A program made the position numbers and the translations under genes. Below the pieces are notes generated by a model. It did no database searches and was not told the origin of the DNA. It saw only the letters and a list, made by a program, of their open reading frames with translations. A stretch of 64,000 nt of DNA, taken from a virus. Its lineage: Duplodnaviria > Caudoviricetes. Shown one piece after another: positions 38,926-49,379 of the stretch. Position 1 is the stretch's first letter. Every line of letters begins with the position of its first letter. The stretch covers positions 74,266 to 138,265 of the IMG/VR virus record IMGVR_UViG_3300049472_000168. One strand, 5' to 3'.

Positions 38926-39540
38926 CTAGGCATAAGGGAACTTGTGGGCTTTCATCCAGTCGTGGTGTGCATGTTCGTCATCAGGAAGCTGAGGAAAGTT
39001 CTGGAGCAGGACAAAATGCCCCAGTTCGTGGCCTAGAGTAGATATGACGGCTTCATAGGTTTCCTGCTTCTTATGGATTAAGATCTCGGTACCGTCACAG
39101 GTACCTCTGGCGGTGCCACCATTAATCCTAGGAATCGGGTCAGTTACAAATCGGATCTTCTTTTTCTTGTACTTGGGTCCAAACGGATTCGGGACATGGT
39201 AATTATCCCTGAACCAGGTCGCAACTTCGGCTTCGACCTTGTCGATATCGTAGAAAAAAGGAAGTATTCCTGTTTTCTGGGAATCTCTTGAGATCTCGAA
39301 GTCAAAAAGGGCACTGTATCCTACGATACTATCCTTGTAGTCCTGTCGGAGCCTGAAGAAGCGGTAAACGATGTAGCAGGCCGCTACCCAGGTCGATGCC
39401 AGGACGATCAGAGGAGGAACCCAGTTCTCCATCCCTCTGATCGCAATTGCCCCAGCTACCGCAGCGGCTGTAAATCCAGCAGCCATCAAAACGAATAGCT
39501 GAACTGCGGAATCTCGGATATCAAATGTCTTAAATCTCAT
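38926..39540 (-). CDS. membrane-anchored HExxH zinc metallopeptidase-like protein
   Basis: Two N-terminal TMs; LGHELGH...H. Confidence 0.65.
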   Translation of the reverse strand: MRFKTFDIRDSAVQLFVLMAAGFTAAAVAGAIAIRGMENWVPPLIVLASTWVAACYIVYRFFRLRQDYKDSIVGYSALFDFEISRDSQKTGILPFFYDIDKVEAEVATWFRDNYHVPNPFGPKYKKKKIRFVTDPIPRINGGTARGTCDGTEILIHKKQETYEAVISTLGHELGHFVLLQNFPQLPDDEHAHHDWMKAHKFPYA

Positions 39541-39571
39541 GTTCTTCTTTCTTTGTTAGTTATGACGCAGG

Positions 39572-39644
39572 TGGCCTAGGCTGCGGTCGAACCAGCAACC
39601 TTCTGCTTTTCAAACAGACGCTCTACCAATTGAGCTACCATGCC
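39572..39644 (-). tRNA. tRNA-Phe(GAA)
   Basis: TCTGT-TTGAAAA-GCAGA anticodon arm. Confidence 0.85.
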
Positions 39645-39652
39645 TGAATATT

Positions 39653-39880
39653 TTAAAACCTACTACCTCTAATGATTCCTACTAGCCGCTCGATGTCGGA
39701 TTCGTCTGCTGCCTGAAGAATAGAATCAGGCCTGGCGTTAGGATTTACGACCTCAATAGCTTCGATGAAGGAAGTGATGATCTCCTCTGTTTTGACCTGG
39801 TCTTCCCTGTCGTCTTCGTCAACACATTCATTAACACTGAAAACTCGTCCTTTGGATTTACTGAAGTATACGGGTGTCAT
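39653..39880 (-). CDS. hypothetical protein
   Basis: TTGACA box at 39911-39916 upstream. Confidence 0.55.
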   Translation of the reverse strand: MTPVYFSKSKGRVFSVNECVDEDDREDQVKTEEIITSFIEAIEVVNPNARPDSILQAADESDIERLVGIIRGSRF

Positions 39881-39932
39881 CTATAGGATTTAATCATATC
39901 TGTAAAGAGGTGTCAAGCCCAATCTTTACGGG

Positions 39933-42900
39933 GTGTCGGATATTCCAGAAAACCTACGAGACTATCTCCACGGCATCGCGCTGCGTCCCAATGTTATTCT
40001 GACTCCAGCCGGGGTCGATGGACCCGATGACGAGCCGTGTCTTAGAACTCTAGGACCGAACCAGGGCCAGAGCTTCCCTGGATATATCGAAGGGTTGCCC
40101 CAAAAGCTGAATCCAGATAACGAGGACATCCTTGCCATTATGGATTCAGAGGATGGGTTACTCAAAAAAATCAATTTAGGAGATTTAGGTGGGGGGTCGA
40201 TTGAGGGTGGTTCCAGGGCTGACTGGACCGGTACTAGATTCTATGCTGTAGATAACGTCCTGGGTGATGACGAAAATTTGGGTTACTCCGATGTTGACAT
40301 GCTATCGGCTGGAGCCGTAGCTGTCAAGACGCCTGAAAGATTAGCCGAGATTATTCCTCCTATAGGGGATCCTAGTCACGTCTTGGTCATCGCCTTAAAG
40401 GGTCGAACCGGCCAGTACGTTGGGCCCGACGGTTCTACGATTGCGAATTTTGTCAAGGCGCTGTATGGGTATGGCAACATCGTTGTCCGCAGCACGGCAG
40501 ATTTCAGCAACGATGCCACCGACGAAAGACTCCTGGGCTCCGAAACTGTCCTTGGCCCCTACACCGTTGACACCGGGGCTACGACATCATCGATCCCCGT
40601 GGTAGGTGGAGGACTCCCAACAGACAAGTCGCCCTATGCCTACAGGATCAGATTCACATCTGGAGCCCTGGTAGGGACAACGCACTACCACTGGGAAAAT
40701 AACACATCCAGCGTGATCACCCCTGGCACCAACACGACCGTGGCGGCAACGGCTGGTGACACCTTTGTTGTTGAGAAGCCTAGCGTTGAACTCGGGACAT
40801 TCCAGGTATACATATCGAACTCATCGGCAAATCCTGGGGACTTCAGTGTCGCTGGTATCGAATGTCAGACGAAGCTGTCGTTAACCGGTTCAGGTGGGAC
40901 AGTTAGGGTTGCATTTATCAATATTGTCGGGAGTGCCACCACTCGCATCGTTGGATTCAGGAACTTAAACTGTTCAAAGGATTATCTGTCACCTTCGGGA
41001 TCGTCGAGATCGCCCGGCACGGGGATGCGTGTTGATTCAACGGGATCGGTTATTTTTGAACAGAACGACCGTGTAGCTGTCCTCAGTCATTCATCGTTCC
41101 GAGGCACGGGAAATTTCAATCTATTTGCAAACTCCATTACGTCTGCAACGCATGGCGCCCTTTATTTAGACAAAACTACTAAAAAAATCGTCTGCTACGG
41201 TAATGGTAATGCGGGCTCTGTTGCGACCTCTGCACATGACGGAATTCTCGGAAACAAAGGCTCATCCACGACAAGACCGATCCGACTCGGTGGCACCGGA
41301 TCGAATCATTGGCAAGGTAGCTTCGGTATCTGGGGTCTTGTCCTCGAAGATTCCCAGTTCGTCTACTGGACCGGCACCCAACTCGGCCTAATTATCAACA
41401 ATGTCACCGGAACAACTTCCGCACCGTACCCATTCAATTTTGAGGGTCTCTATGGCTCTACCATCCGTATGGGTATCGAAGCCGCAAACACTGCGGTTGG
41501 AACAGGTGACCCAGGTGTGTCGGTCGCTGGCCACAATCCTCTCCGATGGGATGATCTGACAAAAACCAATGTCATTGATGTCAACGGCAACAACTTCATC
41601 GGAACCGGTCTGAATATTGTCACGACATCTGTTGCTGTTTCAAATCAAAGCGCAACGAACTACGAAGTCGGAGATATAGTTCGCGGTAACGGCGTGGCGA
41701 ATCAAACGACACGGGCATATGCCACGTCGCTTGCTGATGCCGAGTTCCTCGGTGTCGCGATAGCAAAATCAACGAACGGTTCAACAGCTCTTATCACAAA
41801 CGGTCCCTTCGCAGTCTGCAATTTTGACAGTGCTCCGACTCCTGGAGCAATAGCTTATTTGTCAACGACACCGAAGATGTTGACTACGACAATTCCACTA
41901 AATACAGGAACCAATCATGTTCTTCCTGTCGGGCGTGTAATCACAGTTGTTAGCGGCACACTCGCAAAGGTGGCGATACAGGCTTCGGCGGTAGCTGCGA
42001 TTCCAGCATTTGACGCTCGCACATCTTATTCGGCCAACTGGCCTATGTCGAAGGTTCGTTTCTACCTGATCGACCCCGTGGCTGGTGATGATACCAGGAT
42101 CGGATACTACGACGGCGATCCACTTGAAGTCCTCAATGCCGCAACGATGACTTCATTGGCTCTAAAGACTTACGAGGAATTCTACGACAGAATTCCCAAA
42201 CAGGGTAATGGTCGTGCCGTGGTTGTTTTGATTAAGGGAGATCAAAGCATAACGACGACTCCAATCGTCGCGTATAAACGAGACGGAATAACAATGGATT
42301 CCATCAATATAGATGGGTTCATTGGATATTCGTATATGGCGATTCGTTGCAGTAATTTTACCAATGACTCAAACGATGTAATAGATCTTTGTGGCTATAC
42401 TCCAGCAGCGTTAAATGGTCCCAATGGAGACAACTCATGGACACTCGGTTCATACACTGCTCCAACCATGACAATTGCAGCTGGTACCATGCCAGTAGAC
42501 ACATCATTTACTGGGGCCAAAGTTCAATGGAAGGGTAACATCACCTCTGGTTTGCGAACTCTGGGCACATCATTACAATGTGTGCAAACCTCCACTACGG
42601 CTGAGTTAGCTAGCTCTACTACAACTTTACCAGCACCCAATGATGAATTCTTTTTGAGAAAACCATCTGTTAGGTTTGCAGGAATCATAGGCAAAGCAGA
42701 AGGTGGAGCTTCCACTGTAACAGGAACACGAGCCCCAAATCCAGTACAGGTGTGTGGTTTTGATATTCAGCTTCAAACTACCAATACTTCTATTGATCAT
42801 GCAGGATCTGTTGGGTTTATTTTTGTTGATATAAGTAACGTCGTATCTACAACTGGAGTAAGTCTACTTTTTGCTGATGGGATCGTGGGTCTTTCGGGTG

Positions 42901-45900
42901 TTTACAGGAGAGAAGACAAGACTACAGCTGCTACTATTCGCAATGTTTTAACGATCTCAGCAAATACTCCAGAAAATACTGGCTCTACTCTATTCTTTAG
43001 AAACTCATCATTTGCTGCATCAGCTCCTGGTTTTATTTTTGCAAAGTCTAGACTTAACGTAAGTGGAGCTATTGTTAGCGATTCCCTACCCTTTTTCTTT
43101 TATTCGAGCACCATACATGGTCCGTTAATAATTGAGGGGGGACAAATCACTTCGCTGGGTGGTAGCTCCTCTACCAATAGGTTGCTTGCTCGCGGTGGTC
43201 CGCTAAACAGTCGCCCTTGTGTTGGTATCAGATATGGCGCAACTATTGGATTTAACTATATACATTGTGGCCCATATGGTGGCTGGGGCATAGAGGTCTC
43301 TACCGGCGATAGCGATGGAAACATTATAGGACCATGTACTGTTACCGGCATGACAAATGTGACAGGTACTGTGCCAGGTGGTTATGGACTAAGCTTTATT
43401 GGTAGCCAAATCCGTGGTTCATACGGAGCCACTGCATTGATTGGGTCAGGCAACACTGTAACCGGTATCAATGCTGATGTTAGGATGTGCCATTTCGATC
43501 TTACCTGGGCACAAGCCACAGCAGAAGAGCGAATAGATACACAGGGTAATAAAATTATTCCTACCGTAACTGGTGTTACCAATAGGATTCAAAGAGTAGC
43601 AACTGGTTCATGGCTTCGTCTGCCAGAGACTATAACCGATCCTACAGAGGTCCCGACCACAGGAATGGTAGATGTCTGGTTTAATGCCACAACTGACATA
43701 GAGCAGGTTTCTATTAGGGATTCCTCGAATGATGTATTTCGACTCCCTATGATGAGTACTGGGGCGGCGACTCGTGTCCCTTTTTACGGAAATAATAGTA
43801 GGCTGGACTCCTCCCCAAACCTCACCTTTGATGGTAACTATTTAGATCTAATTTCCTCCCCTACAGTGGCCTCTGCTGGAGGTGCGGTATGGGATGGGAT
43901 GTCGGTTGGAGGCACCCTAACTCTAACAGGAACCACACTTACATCAGCCCTTTCTCTGACTGCACTTGCGGCTCCAACAATTACGGCAGGAAGCGCAGTT
44001 ACGGTAACTGATGCAGCAACGCTCAATATTGCAGGAGCCCCAGTAGCAGCAGGATCTGCAGTTCTAACAAATTCATGGGCACTAAGAGTCGCATCGGGTA
44101 ACACCTTTTTAGGAGGAAATCTCCGATTTTCTGGCAGTGGATCTGCAGCAACAGCTCTTATCCAGATTGCCAATACTGCGAATACCGGTATATACGGATC
44201 TGCCTCGACTGTTAACATAACAGCGGCAGGTTCCAACAGCTTCACCGTTGGACAATACAGTGTCCATTCACACCAGTTCCATCAGTTTGCCAACGGTACA
44301 GGGGCAAGCTCACCTGCTATTACTTGGATCACGTTTGGCCCAGATTCCAGGGCTGGGCTTTTCTACGAGACTGGTGGAAATCTAAAGATATCGTCATCTG
44401 CAACAACCACAGGTGGAACCGAACGAGGAACTCTAACCGATGGCGTCGGTAATTTTGTATGGGGTACCGGAGCACTAACTACCAGTACCGCTGATGGCTA
44501 CGTCTACATCACTTCGATGCCTGGCACCCCTACGGGATCGGCAGCCAATACAGCATATACGGGTCGAAATCCCCTTGTCATAGATTCAACAAATAATTTA
44601 CTATACTTCAAGAACGGCGGCATCTGGTACGCAGCAACGGGAGTCTCGGGCACAGGAGTCAACACCCGCGTTGCCCATTGGACCGGAACCGGTTCCCTTG
44701 GCAGCACGTCTACATTTACTTTCGCATCAGGAACCCTGAGTACGCCTAATATCAGCGTAACTGGAGTCATCACTGGGGCCACATTAATCAGCAGTACAAA
44801 TTATAGCGTCACAGCCTATGGCACCATTGGCGCCCCAAATATCACGGCAAATGCCGACAACCAGACCGGACTGTCGTGGCTGTCTGCGGGTGTCATGGCT
44901 CTGGGGACCTCGAATGTCGAGAGACAACGCTGGGATGCTAATGGCAACGTCATCATCGGAACCGGCGCCCTTGCAACAAATGCAGCAAACGGCTACTTCT
45001 ATACCCCAACCGTGGGTGGGACACCAACGGTAAATCCTACCTCATATTCGGGTCGGACACCAATTATCGTCGATACCGTCAATGACCGACTATATTACCA
45101 CAACACGACGTGGAAAGCTGTCGGAAACGTCAGCGGCACCGGAGTTGCGAATAGGGTCGCATACTGGAGTTCAACCAGTAATCTCTCGAACTCTGCAAAT
45201 CTCCTCTTCGACGGAACATATCTCGGTATTCCCGATGGATCCGCAGCAAATCCGGGGATGTACCTAGTTGGTGCGACTACCACCGGTATCTGGAGAGTTG
45301 CTGCGAATAGTATCGGATTCTCAACCAACGGTGTCAACAGATTTGCGATTTACACCAATGCTGTTGAATCGTCGTTGCCGATCTGGGTGGCCAACGGCCT
45401 CGTAGGTAGCCCCAGCTACAGTTTCTCGAATTCGACCGGGACCGGGATGTACCTCGTATCGGGTGACTATTTGGGACTAACAACCGGTGGTAATATCCGG
45501 CTATACTCCACAAATAGCAATGCTGGGGCGACGCTAGTCTTCCATGCTGAAGGTGGTATCAGGGTTCCACTTGGTTCGGCAGGGACGCCTTCGATTCGGA
45601 ACCTTACGGCAACGAACACGGGTGTTTTCTTCCCCGACTCCGACATGGTTGGATTCAGTAACAACGGGGTCGAGTCCGGAAGATTCAACAATAATGGGAA
45701 CCTACAACTAGGCTCAACGGCATCTGACATCACCGGATACAAACTACAGGTGACGGGCAGGTCGATATTTACGATGGCGCAGGATTTGTGGTCTAAAATG
45801 ATCATGACTGAGAACGGGTCAGGCGGCGATGTCGTAGTTGACATCCTTAAGTTCTACGTCAACGACACCTACAGCACTCCGACAGAGCGACACGGCGGAA

Positions 45901-46232
45901 ACATTGGCGTCCAGATGAGGTATCCCGAGGGAATACCGGAGGTGGCTGGTCTTGTTATCACTGGCAACTCTAGGATTCGCTTGGTTGGAACTACCTACAT
46001 TGATGGGGATTTGTACCCTTACAGTGATGACACCTACGACATCGGATATTCATCTGGTCGGTGGAACGATCTGTATATTAACTCCATAGACTTCGGAACC
46101 CCTAGTAAACAAGCCAACGGGACCGTTGCCGTAACACTTACTTCCCTGGGTCCTTCTGGAGCGAATACTACAGTAGTCGAGTGGCTAAAAATAACTCTCG
46201 ACGGAAATACCCGATATATCCCATGCTGGTAA
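39933..46232 (+). CDS. giant tail fibre/adhesin-like protein (2099 aa)
   Basis: G/T/S/N-rich; duplicated RFY.[VI]D.V.GDD modules; repeated GTGV..RVA.W and G....P....TG.[YFW] units; AATCTT-N6-GTG. Confidence 0.75.
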   Translation: MSDIPENLRDYLHGIALRPNVILTPAGVDGPDDEPCLRTLGPNQGQSFPGYIEGLPQKLNPDNEDILAIMDSEDGLLKKINLGDLGGGSIEGGSRADWTGTRFYAVDNVLGDDENLGYSDVDMLSAGAVAVKTPERLAEIIPPIGDPSHVLVIALKGRTGQYVGPDGSTIANFVKALYGYGNIVVRSTADFSNDATDERLLGSETVLGPYTVDTGATTSSIPVVGGGLPTDKSPYAYRIRFTSGALVGTTHYHWENNTSSVITPGTNTTVAATAGDTFVVEKPSVELGTFQVYISNSSANPGDFSVAGIECQTKLSLTGSGGTVRVAFINIVGSATTRIVGFRNLNCSKDYLSPSGSSRSPGTGMRVDSTGSVIFEQNDRVAVLSHSSFRGTGNFNLFANSITSATHGALYLDKTTKKIVCYGNGNAGSVATSAHDGILGNKGSSTTRPIRLGGTGSNHWQGSFGIWGLVLEDSQFVYWTGTQLGLIINNVTGTTSAPYPFNFEGLYGSTIRMGIEAANTAVGTGDPGVSVAGHNPLRWDDLTKTNVIDVNGNNFIGTGLNIVTTSVAVSNQSATNYEVGDIVRGNGVANQTTRAYATSLADAEFLGVAIAKSTNGSTALITNGPFAVCNFDSAPTPGAIAYLSTTPKMLTTTIPLNTGTNHVLPVGRVITVVSGTLAKVAIQASAVAAIPAFDARTSYSANWPMSKVRFYLIDPVAGDDTRIGYYDGDPLEVLNAATMTSLALKTYEEFYDRIPKQGNGRAVVVLIKGDQSITTTPIVAYKRDGITMDSINIDGFIGYSYMAIRCSNFTNDSNDVIDLCGYTPAALNGPNGDNSWTLGSYTAPTMTIAAGTMPVDTSFTGAKVQWKGNITSGLRTLGTSLQCVQTSTTAELASSTTTLPAPNDEFFLRKPSVRFAGIIGKAEGGASTVTGTRAPNPVQVCGFDIQLQTTNTSIDHAGSVGFIFVDISNVVSTTGVSLLFADGIVGLSGVYRREDKTTAATIRNVLTISANTPENTGSTLFFRNSSFAASAPGFIFAKSRLNVSGAIVSDSLPFFFYSSTIHGPLIIEGGQITSLGGSSSTNRLLARGGPLNSRPCVGIRYGATIGFNYIHCGPYGGWGIEVSTGDSDGNIIGPCTVTGMTNVTGTVPGGYGLSFIGSQIRGSYGATALIGSGNTVTGINADVRMCHFDLTWAQATAEERIDTQGNKIIPTVTGVTNRIQRVATGSWLRLPETITDPTEVPTTGMVDVWFNATTDIEQVSIRDSSNDVFRLPMMSTGAATRVPFYGNNSRLDSSPNLTFDGNYLDLISSPTVASAGGAVWDGMSVGGTLTLTGTTLTSALSLTALAAPTITAGSAVTVTDAATLNIAGAPVAAGSAVLTNSWALRVASGNTFLGGNLRFSGSGSAATALIQIANTANTGIYGSASTVNITAAGSNSFTVGQYSVHSHQFHQFANGTGASSPAITWITFGPDSRAGLFYETGGNLKISSSATTTGGTERGTLTDGVGNFVWGTGALTTSTADGYVYITSMPGTPTGSAANTAYTGRNPLVIDSTNNLLYFKNGGIWYAATGVSGTGVNTRVAHWTGTGSLGSTSTFTFASGTLSTPNISVTGVITGATLISSTNYSVTAYGTIGAPNITANADNQTGLSWLSAGVMALGTSNVERQRWDANGNVIIGTGALATNAANGYFYTPTVGGTPTVNPTSYSGRTPIIVDTVNDRLYYHNTTWKAVGNVSGTGVANRVAYWSSTSNLSNSANLLFDGTYLGIPDGSAANPGMYLVGATTTGIWRVAANSIGFSTNGVNRFAIYTNAVESSLPIWVANGLVGSPSYSFSNSTGTGMYLVSGDYLGLTTGGNIRLYSTNSNAGATLVFHAEGGIRVPLGSAGTPSIRNLTATNTGVFFPDSDMVGFSNNGVESGRFNNNGNLQLGSTASDITGYKLQVTGRSIFTMAQDLWSKMIMTENGSGGDVVVDILKFYVNDTYSTPTERHGGNIGVQMRYPEGIPEVAGLVITGNSRIRLVGTTYIDGDLYPYSDDTYDIGYSSGRWNDLYINSIDFGTPSKQANGTVAVTLTSLGPSGANTTVVEWLKITLDGNTRYIPCW

Positions 46233-46248
46233 AGCATAACAGGAACAA

Positions 46249-46683
46249 ATGACCATTACACTAAGAAATGCAAGACAACGAACCGCAGCAACCACTGTAG
46301 AAATCCGAGAATATCACCGAATCCTTCCAGCAAATGGAAGAGGCGACGATTCCTGGACAATCGTTGTTTCTGTCGGTGGTGTCGGAATCCCCCTTACCGT
46401 CAAGAGACAACCAAATCAGGATGTCAGGCAACCTGTTCTGGATGGCGAGGGTAACCAAGTCACAGACATCAACGGTCCAGTGTTTGAGACTGTTTCGCAG
46501 CCTCAACCCGATCTCGTTGATCGATTGACAACGACAGGAGAAATCGGACGCGAAACCATTGAGGTCGAAGGAGCATTTGACGCCTTCCAGGATGCAATCG
46601 GTGCCAGAGGAAATATTGAAGTCTTGATGAAGTCCGCAATGCTTGTGGTAGGAATGATTCCGGCATCGCTTGACCCGGCTTAG
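46249..46683 (+). CDS. fibre-associated protein, paralog 1
   Basis: Follows the fibre gene; similar to the next ORF. Confidence 0.6.
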   Translation: MTITLRNARQRTAATTVEIREYHRILPANGRGDDSWTIVVSVGGVGIPLTVKRQPNQDVRQPVLDGEGNQVTDINGPVFETVSQPQPDLVDRLTTTGEIGRETIEVEGAFDAFQDAIGARGNIEVLMKSAMLVVGMIPASLDPA

Positions 46684-46687
46684 TCCA

Positions 46688-47053
46688 ATGATTCAACTAC
46701 AAACCCCGATATCAGGTGTCTCAGAAATCGAAGTAGTCGGTGCTGAGAGAACCCAGGAATCCTGGGAACTAGATCTAAAACTAGGAATTGCGGTCCTACA
46801 TATAACCATTAAATCGCAGCCACCGAATCGTAGAGTCAAAAGAAATGAAGACGGCACTTCAAAGGCTGACGAAGGGGGTGCTCTCGAAATCGAGGAAATT
46901 CCGCAGCCCGATATTGTCGATATCCTCAGATCTGACTATATCGGAATCGAAACAGTTGAAGTCGACGGAATCCTAGAACTTTTCGATTTAATCGAATCTG
47001 AAGAGGGTGTCGAGGCCGCCTTGATTCAATCCGGAATCATTCCAGAATCATAA
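46688..47053 (+). CDS. fibre-associated protein, paralog 2
   Basis: Shares SW...QP..QPD.VD.L...IG.ET.EV.G with the previous ORF. Confidence 0.6.
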   Translation: MIQLQTPISGVSEIEVVGAERTQESWELDLKLGIAVLHITIKSQPPNRRVKRNEDGTSKADEGGALEIEEIPQPDIVDILRSDYIGIETVEVDGILELFDLIESEEGVEAALIQSGIIPES

Positions 47054-47101
47054 TCTTTCCTCTTGGCTATCAATCGAGATAGTCGTTTCAAAAGAGGAAA
47101 T

Positions 47102-47476
47102 ATGTCAGAGAACACGATTAAAGTAGAGGTCAGCGGCAGAGAGGCCTGGAACCTCATGGTCCATGTCAAATCGGGTGCTTATAGCCCCAGCGGTCACGAG
47201 GAATTCCAGCAACTACGCGAAACCCTTGCGGTTTTTGGTATGCTGGATGCCTATGAAGATCTGCTCCAGGGCATGTCCCAGGAAGAGGCCGCAGGTCTTG
47301 CTCAGAAGCTCAGCGTTAGAGACAAGAAAGTTCTTGAACTGCCGCGTCGAATCATCAATTTCTTCCTCGAAAAGGTCAGTGCAGGCAAGATGCATCCTGA
47401 ACTTGCCATCGTCCTGAGCCCCTTAATTGAGAGGCTCAAAGACGCTAAACGTGGGGAATACAAAGCGCCGGAATAA
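47102..47476 (+). CDS. hypothetical protein
   Basis: AATCTT 47052; GAGG SD. Confidence 0.6.
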   Translation: MSENTIKVEVSGREAWNLMVHVKSGAYSPSGHEEFQQLRETLAVFGMLDAYEDLLQGMSQEEAAGLAQKLSVRDKKVLELPRRIINFFLEKVSAGKMHPELAIVLSPLIERLKDAKRGEYKAPE

Positions 47477-47817
47477 TGGAACCCGAACCTGGATTTCCCC
47501 AGAGAGTCTTTGATACCGCTTTGGAGCGGCATCCGGTCTTTGAGGAATTCCAGGAGTCCCTAGCCGAAGTCATCGCCTACACCATAGACGAGACCTCGGC
47601 AGAGGCCAAGGTTGCGCTAACCAACAACCTGGTACAGCATCTGGGGGAGTTCTGGAGTCTTGAGCTAAGACGAAATTCGGACCCAGCATTTCAGGCAGCG
47701 GTTAAGGCAGTGATTCAGTCTACACTGAATTGCATCGCTCAGATCGCTATTGTTGCCGAGATGGACCCCAGCTCAGAACTGGAAGACGCAATTTCAGAAC
47801 CGAAAGGGACCGCCTAG
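47476..47817 (+). CDS. hypothetical protein
   Basis: TAATG coupling. Confidence 0.6.
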   Translation: MEPEPGFPQRVFDTALERHPVFEEFQESLAEVIAYTIDETSAEAKVALTNNLVQHLGEFWSLELRRNSDPAFQAAVKAVIQSTLNCIAQIAIVAEMDPSSELEDAISEPKGTA

Positions 47818-48042
47818 ATGCCAAAGAAAAATCTTGCCCCAAGACAGAAGCCTAGACCTCGGAAAAAGACAGCAGAGGTTGTTGTCGAGGTCCCCGTTTT
47901 CTTTTTGATCAGTCTAGACGACATCAAGAGGATAAATGACTTAGCCGTATCTAAAGGCTTCGGCGATGACTTAGCCGTATCTAAAGGCTTCGGCGATGAC
48001 TTAGCGGCTCTGGGGATCAGTGTTGAGCCCTTATCTGACTAA
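47818..48042 (+). CDS. small basic protein containing a 10-aa duplication
   Basis: DLAVSKGFGD x2. Confidence 0.5.
   Translation: MPKKNLAPRQKPRPRKKTAEVVVEVPVFFLISLDDIKRINDLAVSKGFGDDLAVSKGFGDDLAALGISVEPLSD
47936..48005 (+). repeat. perfect 30-bp tandem duplication (2.3 copies)
   Basis: ATGACTTAGCCGTATCTAAAGGCTTCGGCG x2 + ATGACTTAGC. Confidence 0.95.
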
Positions 48043-48073
48043 ATTGTCGTAAAAGTCAGAAAAACGGGATCGA

Positions 48074-48406
48074 TCACTTGGCGAGCTTCGCAAACGTTTT
48101 CTTGTGCTTGGTGAGTACCTTGTTGATCGTGTACTCCCGGTCGTTCGGCAACGCGGCTGCGATATCGTAGCGAACAACAACCCCGACGCAGTGAACGGGG
48201 CCCTGAATCGTCGCGTTCTTGGCGTTCGCTCTCAGCCACAGTACGACTTCCCAGATCGAGACTATCGAAGGACCACAGAATCCACGCTCCCTTGCCGCTG
48301 CTCTGAGCTGTTCCCCATATGTCCATGGGAATTCCGCCATTGCTATTACGGTCTGGTCTGAGTATTTGAGGTGTTTGTCCATGTTCCTAGATCCCGAGAT
48401 TGTCAT
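48074..48406 (-). CDS. hypothetical protein
   Basis: Operonic ORF. Confidence 0.5.
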   Translation of the reverse strand: MTISGSRNMDKHLKYSDQTVIAMAEFPWTYGEQLRAAARERGFCGPSIVSIWEVVLWLRANAKNATIQGPVHCVGVVVRYDIAAALPNDREYTINKVLTKHKKTFAKLAK

Positions 48407-48668
48407 AGATTTTGATAGACGAAGTGTTCCAAGGACCCCTAAAGGGAGCCGCTGTCTCGTCTGGACCTTTTGGTTTGATCCCTAGAGCCAGTTCTGTTCC
48501 CAAACCTGCGGTCTCAGAAGAATCTAGGGAATGTCGTGGTTTTGCGTTTTTGCTTTGCATCTGATTGGTACAGAAAAGCAAAGAAAAAGACAAAAGATCT
48601 TTCATCCTTTTACTGATATCCATGTCGTATGGCCTCCTACAGAAACCTACTCCTGATACCTGGTGATG

Positions 48669-49268
48669 TCAAGTAGATCTCAAGCTATCCCTCAGCTTTT
48701 TAATCCAGACATTACGCTTGGCATAGGTCTTTTCTTCCTTCTTCAAGGAGTCTTTGGCATATTTTAGTGATTGGCGAAGTTCCCGGAGCCTAGATTTCTT
48801 CCATTTATAGAACGGAGGAAACAGGTCTCGCTTCAGATAATAGTCCTCGTGGCTACAATCGAAATCAATTGATGTTTTCAATTGCTCCTGCATGAATTTC
48901 TTCATCCCGACATGGTCTCTGGATGGTGGAGTCCAGGAATCGACCATTACGAGCATCCTTTCATAGGCTGCTCGCTGGTTTCTCATCTTCCGGAGACCTT
49001 CTACTACCTCTTCCATCCGACGCTTTCGTTCTTTTAGATAGAGGCGCTTCAAGGAGTCGTCATCGGCAGACTTGAATTGTTCCAATTCCTTTTCTGTCTC
49101 TTGGACCCGTCTAGGATAGTATCCGTCAGGAGACAAGTTATCTGGGATCTGGGCATCAAGGGGGGCATCTCGCATATCGACCAAGGCTCCAAATGCCCTG
49201 GCGCATTTCACTGCAAAATCCTCGAATGATGTATTTGATGTGATATCTGCTGTGTATCCTGTTGGCAT
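48669..49268 (-). CDS. conserved phage hypothetical protein (MPTGYT family)
   Basis: MPTGYTA...F...CARAFGA...W.PP...H..MK.FM.EQL. Confidence 0.75.
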   Translation of the reverse strand: MPTGYTADITSNTSFEDFAVKCARAFGALVDMRDAPLDAQIPDNLSPDGYYPRRVQETEKELEQFKSADDDSLKRLYLKERKRRMEEVVEGLRKMRNQRAAYERMLVMVDSWTPPSRDHVGMKKFMQEQLKTSIDFDCSHEDYYLKRDLFPPFYKWKKSRLRELRQSLKYAKDSLKKEEKTYAKRNVWIKKLRDSLRST

Positions 49269-49292
49269 CTTGTTCCTTTATATTTATTGAAG

Positions 49293-49366
49293 TGACCCCG
49301 GCAGGGCTCGAACCTGCTGCCTGAACTTTAGGAAAATTCCGCTCTATCCAGATGAGCTACGAGGTC
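49293..49366 (-). tRNA. tRNA-Arg(CCT)
   Basis: Anticodon loop TTCCTAA; GGTTCGAG T-arm. Confidence 0.82.
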
Positions 49367-49379
49367 TTCTGTTAGGCTC

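Noticed and set aside
47936-48005. CRISPR-like repeat
   Set aside because: Direct tandem copies with no spacers, in-frame within an ORF; no cas genes
49293-49366. tRNA loop containing CTA read as an amber suppressor
   Set aside because: The 7-nt loop TTCCTAA centres on CCT (Arg)
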